A stretch of 64,000 nucleotides of DNA from Vulcanimicrobiota bacterium (GCA_963812135.1 CAWETU010000001.1:2240001-2304000); one strand, 5' to 3'; shown: positions 9,953 to 20,237, counted from the stretch's first letter. The notes: generated by a model not told the origin, from the sequence alone. Made by a program: numbers and translations.

Positions 9953-11944
9953 ATGCCACACAACACTCGGACCAAGGAGCGCCAGCCGAAAAAGACCCAG
10001 TCGCTGCCCACCGGCACGGTCACTTTTCTGTTCTCAGATATCGAAGGCAGCACTGAGCGTTGGGAAAAGCATCACGCGCCGATGAAGGCCGCGGTCGCGC
10101 GCCACGAACGTCTGATGCGAGATGCGATCGCCCGACATGATGGCCACGTCTTCAAGACCGTCGGCGATGCGTTTTGCGCCGCGTTCGCCACGGCGCCGAA
10201 CGCTGTGAACGCCGCGCTCGACGCGCAACGCGCGCTCAGCGCGGAAGATTTCTCGGCGGTCCACGGTTTGCGCGTCCGCATGGGTCTGCACACCGGCTAC
10301 GCGGAGGAACGCGACGCCGACTATTTCGGGCCGGCCGTCAACCGCGTCGCGCGGCTGGTGTCGATCGGCAACGGCGGCCAGATCCTGTTGTCCGGCGCAG
10401 CCTATGAATTAGTGCAGCACGACGCACCGCAGGAGATGCGCTTCTCAGACCTCGGCTCGCACCGGCTCAAAGACCTTGCCCAGCCCGAGCACGTGTGGCA
10501 AGTGACCGCGAAGGATATGCCGGACGAATTTGCGCGTCTCAATTCACTGGACACGCTGCCGAACAACCTGCCGGTTCAAGTTACGACCTTCCGCGGACGC
10601 GAGAAAGACCTAGAAGATCTGAAGGCACAGCTCGCCGAGCATCGATTGATCAGCCTCATCGGCGCCGGGGGCGTCGGCAAGACGCGACTGGCTGCCCAGC
10701 TCGGCGCGGAAGTGCTCGACCGATTTCCGGACGGTGTCTGGATCGCGGACCTCGCCTCGGTGACCGATGCCGGACTGGTGACGAGCGTGGTCGCCAAAAC
10801 GTTGGGCGTGAGCCAAGCGCAGGTGCGTCTGGTCGACGAGTCCATGACGCAATCCCTCAAACGTAAGCGGCTTCTTCTCGTGTTGGACAATTGCGAGCAC
10901 GTGCTTGAGGCGGCCGCTGCGCTCGCCGATTCCGTTCATCGGCAGTGCCCAGACGTGTGGATCCTCACCACCACGCGCCAAGCCATGGGGATAACCGGGG
11001 AAAAAGTGCTGCGACTCAGTTCGCTCGCAGTACCGGAGAAGATGGTCAGCCACGACGCAACCACCGCGCTGAGCTTCGGCGCGGTCGCGTTGTTCGCCGA
11101 TCGCGCGTCGCTTGTCGACCAAACATTTCGGCTCGGAGACGAAAACGCCTCAGCGGTATGCGATATCTGCCGCCGGCTCGATGGCATTCCGCTTGCGATC
11201 GAGCTCGCCGCCGCGCGCGTGAAGGGGATGAGCATCCCGACGCTCGCCAAGCGGCTCGACGAGCGCTTCAAGATCCTGACGGGCGGCAGCCGCACCGCGC
11301 TCCCGCGGCAGAAAACGTTGAGCGCCCTCTTCGATTGGAGCTACGACCTGCTTTCGCCGCAGGAGCGAACGCTATTCGCTCGCGCGGCGATTTTTGCCGG
11401 CGGCTTCACGCTTGACGCCGCGGCATCGGTGTGCGGCGGCGGGGAGATCGAATCCGCGGATGTGCTTGACCTGCTCGCGTCGCTGGCGGATAAGTCGCTG
11501 ATCCAGATCGACACGACCAGTGGACACGAGAGCCACCGCATGCTTGAATCCACTCGCCAGTACGCGCTCGAAAAACTCACCGCGAGTGCCGAGCACGAGT
11601 CACTTGCACGCCGGCACGCCGACTATTTCCGCGACGTCGCAAAGAAGGCTGAGGGCAGCTTCGGGTCGATGCCGCTGAGCGATTGGCTCGGGCGTCTCGA
11701 GCCGGATGTCGAGAACTTTCGCGCGGCGATGGATTGGGCACTCGTCAACGATCACGATGTGGCGCTTGGCGGCACGATCGCCGCTTCGTTGGAGATGTTG
11801 TGGTGGCACGGCGGCGTCGAGGCGGAGGGGTTCCGGTGGATCGATGCCGCGTTCCATAAGATCGACGAGAGCGAACACCCGGAGGTAGCGGCTGAACTGC
11901 GCCGGGCGCTCGGGCTTCTCATGTCGCGCGTGCTCTACTCCTAG
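9953..11944 (+). CDS. Class III adenylate/guanylate cyclase domain plus STAND NTPase regulator
   Basis: FLFSDIEGST, GDAF, GLHTG, GAGGVGKT, LDNCEH, LDGIPLAIELAA. Confidence 0.92.
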   Translation: MPHNTRTKERQPKKTQSLPTGTVTFLFSDIEGSTERWEKHHAPMKAAVARHERLMRDAIARHDGHVFKTVGDAFCAAFATAPNAVNAALDAQRALSAEDFSAVHGLRVRMGLHTGYAEERDADYFGPAVNRVARLVSIGNGGQILLSGAAYELVQHDAPQEMRFSDLGSHRLKDLAQPEHVWQVTAKDMPDEFARLNSLDTLPNNLPVQVTTFRGREKDLEDLKAQLAEHRLISLIGAGGVGKTRLAAQLGAEVLDRFPDGVWIADLASVTDAGLVTSVVAKTLGVSQAQVRLVDESMTQSLKRKRLLLVLDNCEHVLEAAAALADSVHRQCPDVWILTTTRQAMGITGEKVLRLSSLAVPEKMVSHDATTALSFGAVALFADRASLVDQTFRLGDENASAVCDICRRLDGIPLAIELAAARVKGMSIPTLAKRLDERFKILTGGSRTALPRQKTLSALFDWSYDLLSPQERTLFARAAIFAGGFTLDAAASVCGGGEIESADVLDLLASLADKSLIQIDTTSGHESHRMLESTRQYALEKLTASAEHESLARRHADYFRDVAKKAEGSFGSMPLSDWLGRLEPDVENFRAAMDWALVNDHDVALGGTIAASLEMLWWHGGVEAEGFRWIDAAFHKIDESEHPEVAAELRRALGLLMSRVLYS

Positions 11945-11971
11945 ATTTCAGCGAAGAAACGGAGGATCCCG

Positions 11972-12505
11972 ATGGATGCAGAGCGCTTGCGCGCGCTACA
12001 GGCGCCGATCAAAGATCACTATCGCGCAGATCCCGCGGCTGCGCTCATGACGCTCACGGCTAGCGGCAAGGTCGATGATCCCGAGGGGGTAAGCTGCAGT
12101 GTCGAGACGGGACGCGCGCTTGTGAAGGCCGGCCTCCATCCCGCGACCGGCGGCGACGGGTCGTTCGCGTGCTCGGGTGACATGTTGTTGCAGGCGCTCG
12201 TCGCGTGTGCCGGCGTGACGTTGCGTTCCGTCGCGACGGCGAAAGGCATTGCATTGCGCGGCGGCACGCTGCACGCCGAGGGCGATTTGGATTTTCGCGG
12301 CACGTTGGGGGTCGACCGCGATGCGCCCGTCGGATTCAAGAGTATTCGATTGCGCTTCGACCTTGACGCCGACGCGACGCCCGAGGAAATCGCGTCGTTG
12401 CAAAAACTGACGGAACGCTACTGCGTCGTCTACCAAACGCTTGCAAGCGGCGTCAAACCGGAGGTCGAGTTCCGCGTCGGTCCCCCGCTCGGTGCTTCGC
12501 ACTGA
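11972..12505 (+). CDS. OsmC family protein
   Basis: CSGDMLL.ALVACAG and TERYCVV motifs. Confidence 0.9.
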   Translation: MDAERLRALQAPIKDHYRADPAAALMTLTASGKVDDPEGVSCSVETGRALVKAGLHPATGGDGSFACSGDMLLQALVACAGVTLRSVATAKGIALRGGTLHAEGDLDFRGTLGVDRDAPVGFKSIRLRFDLDADATPEEIASLQKLTERYCVVYQTLASGVKPEVEFRVGPPLGASH

Positions 12506-13124
12506 CCGAACCGTCTTTTTCGGCGCTGGGGTGGACGCCGACGCGATAGCCGGCAGCCAGAACTGCAACGGTTGATCGAGGAGTCAGCACGTCTACCTCC
12601 CGATGCGCTGGGCGCGCGCGGCGTTCCGTGTATCGCGTGTCTGACCAAGCGAACAGCGTCTTTCCGCTGACCAGCCACGCTCGGCCATCTTCTACTATAT
12701 ATGTGCCGTCTGGAAGGTCGGCTAGTTCGGCACGATAGGTGCGTTTGACGCGCGGTCCGGTGAGCCGCTCGCTGTGAAGCTGTCGATCAATGAGATCGGC
12801 GTTCACGGGCTTGCCGTGGCAAAGTTCCCAGAGATCGGCGAACTTTCGATAGTCCGCATGCCGGCATTCGGCGCATGGCCGATGACCGGCGGCGAACGCC
12901 GTCGCCTCGTCGAGGAAGAAGAGTTCGGTGTAGGAGTGCGGCCGCATGACCACGCGGTGTCGGCCACGGAACTCGGTCACGCACGCGATCCAGCGCCGCA
13001 GCGCTGAATAGCGGACGAGCCGCCGTGCATCATCGTGCAGGATTCCCCGGTTCCCCATCACGAGGCCGCGCCCCGCGAGGGCGACGATGTCGCCGAACGG
13101 GGTGACGCGGTTTTGGAGCGGCAT
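12453..13124 (-). CDS. Conserved hypothetical protein (MPLQNRVTPFG...GHRPCAECR)
   Basis: Recognisable conserved motifs GNRG, ELFFLDEA, GHRPCAEC; 3' end uncertain. Confidence 0.8.
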   Translation of the reverse strand: MPLQNRVTPFGDIVALAGRGLVMGNRGILHDDARRLVRYSALRRWIACVTEFRGRHRVVMRPHSYTELFFLDEATAFAAGHRPCAECRHADYRKFADLWELCHGKPVNADLIDRQLHSERLTGPRVKRTYRAELADLPDGTYIVEDGRAWLVSGKTLFAWSDTRYTERRARPAHREVDVLTPRSTVAVLAAGYRVGVHPSAEKDGSVSAKHRAGDRRGTRPPV

Positions 13125-13242
13125 ACCAGATCGCTTCGAGGCGGCCGTTTGTCGCCACTTCTTGGCGCTGCCCGGGTGCGGGCGCCGCACGTGTCGAACT
13201 GCCGCGGCCTCCGCGAAGCGGTTCCGGTAGAGGAGGGCGATC

Positions 13243-14522
13243 TTGAAGAACCGGCCGGCGCTTACGTTCGTGCTTCCAGCTCATCGCGTGCGTCGCATTC
13301 GTGCTGACGGCCTGGACCGTTGCGAGCGCGGATCCACCGGCCTCGCTGACGATCCACATCCGCATGGAAGCCGTGATCCTTTCGGATAACGACGGCAGCA
13401 ACCCGAGCGGCGTGCTCAGCGGCGCGCAGCTCGAGCAATGGATCGACAACGCGAATCAATCGTTTAGCGTTTCAAATGCGAACATCGTCATCGACTTCGA
13501 TTCGAAGAAGGACCTCGCGCACGTGCGCAACAGCACGATCAACCATTTGAACCACAACCATGATTCCATCGCTGCTGCGCAGGCCGCCAACTACCCGAAC
13601 AAGATGGTCGTCTTCTTCCGCGCGTATGGGGCAGCCGGTTCGGGCGTCGGCGTGACCGGCAATGGGTATACCGCGTACAATGAGTACGCCCCTGAAGGCA
13701 GCAGCGGGTGCACGGGTCATACGCACTCGGCCTGCAGCGCGAGCTTTACCGTCATGCCGTCCGTGTATTGCGGAACGACGGTCAGGACCGACCGCATCAA
13801 GCCAAAGCAGCCCGACGGACCGCTGGGACCCGACAAGTCCGGGTGCGGCATCACGAATTACGGCGGCTGGTATGTCTACCAGAATTACGGCCAACTCACG
13901 CACGAAGTCGGCCACTACTTCGGTTTGCCGCACACGTTCCCGGGCACCAGCGACTTTCTGTCGACGCCCGCGCTGCTGCAATCGTGGTACGACGGCAACC
14001 CTCGCACCGGAACCGATGCGCTCGATCAGGATCTACGATGGCGATTCAGCCGATGGGCCGCTGATAAGCGACGGCACCAGTCTCACCAGCGGCTGGACCT
14101 TCACGGTGCCGGACACACCGCCGGATGCAAGCGCGTCATTGTTCGTGAATAACAACGTCAGCATGTGCGACACGCCCGATACGACGATCAAGGACAGCAG
14201 CGGCGCGAGCGTCGTGTTCCGCGGCGGCCGATACACGCTCCACGCCAAGTACGCCGGCAAGCCGGTCACGTTGACGTTTCATCCGGACAAGGGCGACGTG
14301 ATGAGCTACTTCTTGTGCAAGCGGCCGATGACGTTCAGCGACGGACAGGTGGCGACGATGCGCCACGTGCTGACGACCGACCCGCAGCGCAACTACCTCA
14401 TCTGCACCAATAGCGATGATAAGCCGCTGCGCCGGTACATGACGTGTCCGACGACGATCCCGCACATCGTCCATCGGAAACCGGTGCAACAGATGCCCGG
14501 CGGTCAGTACACCGCGTACTGA
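13243..14522 (+). CDS. Secreted metzincin (M43/pappalysin-like) zinc protease, frameshifted
   Basis: AGGAGG plus TTG start, HEVGHYFGLPHTF, downstream DVMSY Met-turn in another frame. Confidence 0.8.
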
Positions 14523-14602
14523 CCCCTTTATTTATGCTCAATTGCACCAGGAAGACGCGCGTGCGGAGGGAACGTTCGGGCGGCGCGCGCAAGGTCCCGT
14601 TC

Positions 14603-15031
14603 ATGGAACCTCTTGACCTCACTCAACATCCGCCACGCCGCGCCGGCGAGCGTCTCGACGGCCTTGTCATGCTGCCGCGCACGATCGACAAGCTGCGCGC
14701 CTCGCTACCCGGCGGCAAGATCGGTTCGTACAAGATCCCGGGCTTCAGCACGAAGTTACTCGAGCTGCTTGGCGTCTCAGAGGCGGACATGCTCGAAGCG
14801 GTGCGCACGGCATCGACCGACGACGATGTCGCCGCCTGGGTGCGCGCGCACAGCGATCCTTCGAAGTATCCGAAGATCAGCGAGCATTTCGAACGTCGCA
14901 CGGTCGCGGATCTGGCGGATCCTGAAGATTATCACCGCCGCTATCCGATCGCGAAGCGGCTCGGCCTGACCAGATTGATGGACGTGTTGGACGCAGACGA
15001 CGCAGAGAGTTTCGCGACGAAGAGTTCTTAG
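14603..15031 (+). CDS. DUF5069 family protein
   Basis: DLT..PPR...RL.GL..LPRTIDK.RA...G..G.Y. Confidence 0.8.
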   Translation: MEPLDLTQHPPRRAGERLDGLVMLPRTIDKLRASLPGGKIGSYKIPGFSTKLLELLGVSEADMLEAVRTASTDDDVAAWVRAHSDPSKYPKISEHFERRTVADLADPEDYHRRYPIAKRLGLTRLMDVLDADDAESFATKSS

Positions 15032-15300
15032 CCGGGGAGCTGGGCCAGCTTCGCGTCGATGCCGGCGCGAGTTAGGCCGCTGACCGCGAAGAGTTTTTCT
15101 TTCGATCGTGCACCGCGAACCAACGCGACCCGCGAGGGGGCGATGTCGAGGGCTTTCGCGAGCGCGTTGCGCACCGCTTCGTTCGCCTTGCCCTCAATCG
15201 CTCGCTCGCGGACGCGGATGACGAGATGAGAGCCATCCCAACTCAGTCCGGGTGACTTCGAACCAGGCTTTGCGACGACGGTGACCGTCATGTCGCTCAT
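15028..15300 (-). CDS. DUF167 (YggU) family protein
   Basis: V.AKPGS, EGKAN, G.RSKEK. Confidence 0.88.
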   Translation of the reverse strand: MSDMTVTVVAKPGSKSPGLSWDGSHLVIRVRERAIEGKANEAVRNALAKALDIAPSRVALVRGARSKEKLFAVSGLTRAGIDAKLAQLPG

Positions 15301-15361
15301 AGGAACTTCACGCCGTACAACGTACACCGCGTGAGAGCATGCGCACCTGTCTGGACCTCAC

Positions 15362-16782
15362 TTGATCAGATGGTTGTGGCTGGCGTCGGCGCTGTATGCG
15401 CTGGCCGCCGGCACGCTGGTGACGATCCATTGGATGCGCTGGCAGACCGGCGTGGACACGGGCGTCTACACGCAGGTCGTGCTCAACACGTTCAACGGGT
15501 TCCGCTCGACCTTCGAAAACGGGCCGCACTTCGCGGTGCACTTCTCCCCGCTGCTCGGCATCTTCTTCCCCTTGGTGGCTGTCACGCATTCTGGTCTGGC
15601 GCTGGAACTCGCGCAGGTCGCGCTCATCGCGTGCGTGCCGCTTGCGCTCTATGGCTTCGTTCTGCCTCACGTCGGCGAGGCGCTGGCGCTGCGCGTCGGC
15701 TTCATCGCGCTGCTGTATCCGCCGCTTGCCGCGATCGGCATCGGCGAATTTCATATCTTGGCATGTTTGCCGCTGCTCGTCATCGGCGCCCTGTGGGCGT
15801 TGGACCGAGGGCACGGCGCCTGGTTTGGGTTGTTCGCGGGCATGTTGTTGTTGGTGCGCGAGGACGTGCTCCTCGAATTGCTGGTCATCGGAGTGGTCGG
15901 TGGCATCGTCGCGTTACGCGCCTCGCATGGCGTGGGTTCGCTGTTCGCGTCGCCTGCGTCGCGCGGTTTGGTGGGCGCCGCGAGTATCGGGCTCGGCGTC
16001 GCGTCGGGCGCAATGGCCGGATTGTATTTCGGCGTCATCCAGCCGGCGTTCGGCCACTACGGTTGGTACCCGCTGCTCTACTATCGTTTCGGCATCACGC
16101 GCGGCTCGGTGGGCGCGCTCTCGCAGCCGCCGGTCGGCCCGCCACCGAACCCGAGCGCGTCATTGCCGCGACAGCTTTTCGAACGCTTCACGTACTTGCT
16201 CGAGGCGTTCGTGCCGCTGGCGCTGTTGCCGTTTCGCACATGGTGGTGGTTGCTTGCGGTGCCCGGCTTGACGATCGTCCTTGCGGCGACGAGCGCGTCG
16301 ATCTGGACCATGGGCTCGCAGTATGCGCTCTTGTGGGCGCCGTGGCTGCTCGTCGCGACTGCGGTCGCCGTGATCCACGTTCGCGCCACGCTGGGGGAGG
16401 CCGTGGCGCGCCGTTGGACGGGAGCTGCGATCGGCTTATGCCTTGTCTTTCTCGTCGCGATCAACCCGATGCATCTGCAATACTATTTCCGGCCGCCCTA
16501 TCACGATTTGGCTTCCGCACAGCGCGCGCTGGCGTGTGTGCCGAGAAGGGGCATCGTGTGGCGACGCACGACGAATGGTTCACCCACATCGCGGGCACCA
16601 ATCCGCTTGCCAACGGCAATGTCGTCACCGGCGTTGACTACCTCGTGTATGCCGACGACTATCCGGATGCGGCGTTCGAGCGCGAGGTCAAACCCAAGTT
16701 ACAAGCGGAGATCGCGGCCGGCCGCGTGCGCGTGTTGTGCTCGTTCGGGAGCGTGAAAGCGTATCAGAAAACGGTCGAATAA
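15362..16782 (+). CDS. DUF2079 family membrane protein (frameshift near 16560)
   Basis: DTGVYTQ, HFAVHFSP, EFH, RED motifs, many TM helices. Confidence 0.82.
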
Positions 16783-16795
16783 ATTCGACCGATAC
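16772..16795 (-). repeat. GTAG-type REP palindrome (GTAT variant)
   Basis: CGGTCGAATAAATTCGACCG+ATAC; contains the upstream gene's stop codon. Confidence 0.8.
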
Positions 16796-16812
16796 GGGCG
16801 TCGAGAAAATGC

Positions 16813-16843
16813 GAGAGCCGGCTGCGTGATGCAGCCGGCTCTC
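16813..16843. terminator. 13-bp perfect hairpin, probable bidirectional terminator
   Basis: GAGAGCCGGCTGC-gtgat-GCAGCCGGCTCTC between convergent ORFs. Confidence 0.75.
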
Positions 16844-16869
16844 AAGTATTTTATGTATGGATTACGTGG

Positions 16870-17019
16870 TTAGGGAAGCGCGTTGATCTCCGGTCGCTCG
16901 AAGACAAGCTTGGTCATCGAGACGATCGCGATGTAGTACGCGTGCATTTCGGCCCGCGTGAGCCGCTGCGTCGCGGCCGTTTGGCGTAGGTTCCCTTGGG
17001 TCAGGATCTGCTTTTTCAT
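16870..17019 (-). CDS. Small protein, 49 aa (MKKQILTQGNLRQTAATQRLTRAEMHAYYIAIVSMTKLVFERPEINALP)
   Basis: GGAGGTGG RBS, downstream terminator hairpin. Confidence 0.6.
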   Translation of the reverse strand: MKKQILTQGNLRQTAATQRLTRAEMHAYYIAIVSMTKLVFERPEINALP

Positions 17020-17117
17020 TGCCGCCACCTCCGTGGCCGTCATACTCTATATCGGTAAAACTAAGCGAGCAAGCACAACGTTACGGCTGCGCTGATGAAA
17101 GCCGCATTAGAGTCAGG

Positions 17118-17174
17118 AAAAAGAAAGAACCAGCGCTTTTACGCTGGTTCTGGTGCGGGTGCAGACCTGTCACT
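17118..17174 (-). ncRNA. Antisense sRNA, locus 1 (complementary to the tRNA-like RNA)
   Basis: TATAAT at 17179-17184; 24-nt complement of 17293-17316; GAACCAGCG/CGCTGGTTC stem plus U-tract. Confidence 0.7.
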
Positions 17175-17258
17175 TATGATTATACCGTCTCCTTCGTAGA
17201 GGATCGCAAGGGGCCGGCGTCAGACCTGTGCCGCCGCCCCCTTCCGCATAGCGGAGGC

Positions 17259-17326
17259 TGGAGGCGTCGGGAATCGAACCCGAATGCACGACGTGACAGG
17301 TCCGCACCCGCACCAGCGGCGCCCCC
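17259..17326 (-). ncRNA. 68-nt compact tRNA-like RNA (Ala acceptor stem, GUC anticodon), locus 1
   Basis: GGGGGCG/CGCCTCC-A acceptor, CCGC-TGGT-GCGG D arm, CTGTCAC loop, TCGGG-TTCGATT-CCCGA T arm; TTGACG-18-TATCTA upstream. Confidence 0.75.
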
Positions 17327-17443
17327 AACCGCGTTAGATATCACGACGGCACCCGCAACGTCAAGAAGCGTGGCGGATCTGGCGACTCGCGTTTTCATTT
17401 TGCTTTCACGCGAAGGCTGGCTTGGGTTGCTATCCTTGGTGCT

Positions 17444-18775
17444 GTGAAGCTCCTGAGAAATTCTGCCCTCGCGTTGCTGGCTTTCGTGGTCCTTGCAGGT
17501 TGCGCCGGCGGTGGCGGCGCCGGCCTTCCACCGCCCGGCCCGACCCCGACGCCTCCGGCTGCGTCAAAAATCAAATACGTCATCATCATTTTCCAAGAGA
17601 ACCGCACGCCGGACAACCTGTTCCACGGTCTGCCGGGTGCCGACATCGCGAACAGCGGCACGAATTCGATGGGCCAAGTCGTGCCGCTCATCCCTGTGGA
17701 CATCACCGCACCGTACGATCTGGACCATAGCCATAAGGGTTTTACGACCGAATACAACGGCGGCGCGATGAACGGCTGGGATCTGGTCGGCGTGAATTGT
17801 CCAAGCCACGCTTGCAATCCGCAAACCGCGTTTGGTTACGTGCCGCAGGCCGAAGTGCAACCGTACTTCACGATGGCTGAGCGCTTCACGTTCGCCGACC
17901 GGATGTTCCAGACCAATCAGGGCCCGAGCTTCCCCGCGCACCAGTTCATCATCTCGGGTACGTCGACCGATTCGGTGGGCAGCACGCTGCTGGCCGCCGA
18001 GAACCCGAACTACTTCGCCAATAACAAGCTCGATTGCGACGGCTCGACCCAGTCGCTGGTGAAGATGATCGATCCGTCGGGCAGCGAGGCGACGTCATTG
18101 CGGCCCTGCTTCGATCACCCGACGCTGTTCGACTCGCTCGATGCCAAGGGTATCACCTGGCGTTACTACGATTCGTTCAACGGCGGCCTGTGGTCCGCGC
18201 CAGACGCGATCGCGCACATCCGCAACGGCACCGACTGGAACAACGTCAGCCTGCCGAGCTCCAATATCCTGACCGACATCTCGAGCGGGCAGCTGCGCCA
18301 GGTCTCGTGGGTCATCCCGTCAGCCGCCGCTTCCGACCACGCGCTCTCAACCGATGGCAGCGGACCGGCGTGGGTGGCGTCGGTCGTCAACGCGGTCGGC
18401 CAAAGCCAGTACTGGTCTAACACCGCGATCTTCATCACGTGGGATGACTGGGGAGGTTGGTTCGACCACGTCCAGCCGCAGATGTTCAATTCATACGAGT
18501 TGAGTTTCCGGGTCCCGTTGATCGTGGTGTCGCCCTACGCGAAGCCTGCGTACGTGTCGCACGTGCAGCACGAGTACGGCAGCATCCTGAAATACGTCGA
18601 AGAGACGTATGGCCTGCCGTCGCTCGGCTACACGGATGCGCGCGCGGACGATCTTTCGGATTGCTTCAACTACAGCCAAACGCCGATCGTCTTCCAAATG
18701 ATCCCGGCGGACCGCAAGGCGGCGGACTTCATCCGCGCGCCGATGGTCAACGTGCCGCCCGACGACGATTTTTAG
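17444..18775 (+). CDS. Phosphoesterase/phospholipase C family lipoprotein
   Basis: LAGC lipobox, QENRTPDN, GPSFPAH, TWDDWGGWFDHV, FRVPLIVVSPY. Confidence 0.92.
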   Translation: MKLLRNSALALLAFVVLAGCAGGGGAGLPPPGPTPTPPAASKIKYVIIIFQENRTPDNLFHGLPGADIANSGTNSMGQVVPLIPVDITAPYDLDHSHKGFTTEYNGGAMNGWDLVGVNCPSHACNPQTAFGYVPQAEVQPYFTMAERFTFADRMFQTNQGPSFPAHQFIISGTSTDSVGSTLLAAENPNYFANNKLDCDGSTQSLVKMIDPSGSEATSLRPCFDHPTLFDSLDAKGITWRYYDSFNGGLWSAPDAIAHIRNGTDWNNVSLPSSNILTDISSGQLRQVSWVIPSAAASDHALSTDGSGPAWVASVVNAVGQSQYWSNTAIFITWDDWGGWFDHVQPQMFNSYELSFRVPLIVVSPYAKPAYVSHVQHEYGSILKYVEETYGLPSLGYTDARADDLSDCFNYSQTPIVFQMIPADRKAADFIRAPMVNVPPDDDF

Positions 18776-18799
18776 GGTCGAATGAATTCGACCGCTACA
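18775..18799 (-). repeat. GTAG-type REP palindrome
   Basis: GGGTCGAATGAATTCGACCG+CTACA between convergent genes. Confidence 0.85.
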
Positions 18800-19273
18800 T
18801 CAGGCCTTGTCGTAGGCCTCTTGCAGGCCCTTGATGTCGATCTTGTTCATTTCGAGCATGGCTTTCATAACCGCGCTCGATTTTTTTTCGTCGTCGTCTC
18901 CCATAAGTTCGCCCAACGCCGACGGGATGATCTGCCACGACAGGCCGAATTTGTCGGTCAGCCAGCCGCACTGACTCTTCTTGCCGCCCTCGGACAGCCG
19001 CTCCCACAAGTCATCCACCTCTGTCTGTGTCTTGCAGTCGACGAAGAACGAGAAGGCCGGCGTCAACTGGAAGTGCGGCCCGCCGTTGAGCGCCATGATT
19101 TCTTGACCCTCGAGCTCGAAGGTCACGAACATCACAGATCCTTCCGAGCCAGGCCCTTCGTTACCGTGGCGCGAGACGTTCAGGATCTTCGAGTTCTTGA
19201 AGATCGACGTGTAGAATTTCGCCGCTTCTTCTGCTTTGTCGTCGAACCATAAGAACGGTCTGATCTTTTTCAC
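18800..19273 (-). CDS. VOC family protein (PhnB/3-demethylubiquinone-9 3-methyltransferase-like)
   Basis: PFLWF..AEEAA.FY, LNGGP, CGWL.DKFGLSWQI; own RBS and GTG start. Confidence 0.9.
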   Translation of the reverse strand: MKKIRPFLWFDDKAEEAAKFYTSIFKNSKILNVSRHGNEGPGSEGSVMFVTFELEGQEIMALNGGPHFQLTPAFSFFVDCKTQTEVDDLWERLSEGGKKSQCGWLTDKFGLSWQIIPSALGELMGDDDEKKSSAVMKAMLEMNKIDIKGLQEAYDKA

Positions 19274-19301
19274 GGATGTGTCCTTTGCTTTTACGCTGGT
19301 G

Positions 19302-19771
19302 TTAGAGTGTTGGCAGCAGTTCCGCGAGACGTCGAGCTGCTGGTTCCAGCCCTCGCTCATCCCTTCGAGCATGTAGGCCGCTTCCGGCGCAGCCTTGACC
19401 GGGGTTGCCTGCATCGAAATCTTGGTCTTACCGTTTTGATCGGTGAACGTGACGGTGCTGAGCACTTCGAGCACGACGTTGCCCTTGTCGTCCTCGACGA
19501 AGTGGGTCATGACGAGCCGTTCAGGCTCGACGACTTCGTGATACACGCCGTGCATCGGATAGATCGTGCCTTCGGGACCCCGCATGTGGATGCGAAGCTT
19601 GCCGCCCTTGCGCGCATCCGACTCGACGAGCGGCGCCGTGAAATGCTTGGGACCCCACCAGCGCGTCATCATCTTCGGATCGGTCCATGCTTTGAACACG
19701 AGACTGCGCGGCGCGTCGAACACGCGCGTGATCGTCAAGGTTGCCGCGGCCGGGCTATTTTTTGCGTCCAC
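19302..19771 (-). CDS. SRPBCC (AHSA1-like) domain protein (1-nt indel near the 3' end)
   Basis: TRVFDAPRSLVFKAWTDP, WWGP, GW...LD; restoring the frame gives LDRLAELLPTL*. Confidence 0.85.
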
Positions 19772-20105
19772 GTTTCTTCTCTTTCCCCTGGAGCTCGATG
19801 AGGTAATCGTCGAGTCTCTCGAAGCTTTGGTCCCAAAAACGCCGATAGCGCTCCATCCACTGCGCCACTTCTTTCAGCGGCGCGGCATCGAGCTTGCGAG
19901 GGCGCCGCTGCGCATCGCGGCTACGGGTGACGAGGCCGGCGCGCTCCAGCACCTTGAGGTGCTTGGAAATGGCCGGCAGCGTCATGTCGAATGGTCGCGC
20001 CAACTCGGTCACCGATCGTTGACCCGAGGCGAGCCGCGCGAGGATGGCGCGCCGGGTGGGGTCGGCGAGCGCCGCAAGGGTGTTGCTGAGGCGGTCGGCT
20101 GTCAT
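19755..20105 (-). CDS. ArsR/SmtB family transcriptional regulator
   Basis: ALADPTRRAIL..L, ISKHLKVLERAGLV. Confidence 0.93.
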   Translation of the reverse strand: MTADRLSNTLAALADPTRRAILARLASGQRSVTELARPFDMTLPAISKHLKVLERAGLVTRSRDAQRRPRKLDAAPLKEVAQWMERYRRFWDQSFERLDDYLIELQGKEKKRGRKK

Positions 20106-20120
20106 TTCCTCTGTCTTTAT

Positions 20121-20152
20121 GAACCTGTTGGTTATGTAACCTTTTGGTATAT
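20121..20152. promoter_or_regulatory. Putative ArsR operator (tandem AACC-N4-GGT(T/A) dyads)
   Basis: GAACCTGTTGGTTATGTAACCTTTTGGTAT just upstream of arsR. Confidence 0.55.
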
Positions 20153-20237
20153 TACACCTGGACGATCGGGCTGTCAAGCGCGGAAGCCCCAAAATTGTGA
20201 CGGCTGTCCAGCCGGCTATTTGGGTATTATCCGTACG

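Noticed and set aside
17259..17326. Ordinary tRNA-Asp or tRNA-Ala gene
   Set aside because: Missing linkers and variable loop, conflicting identity elements, and a dedicated antisense partner
18800..19771. SRPBCC-VOC fusion
   Set aside because: A one-base indel removes the SRPBCC stop (TAA 19302), and VOC has its own RBS and GTG
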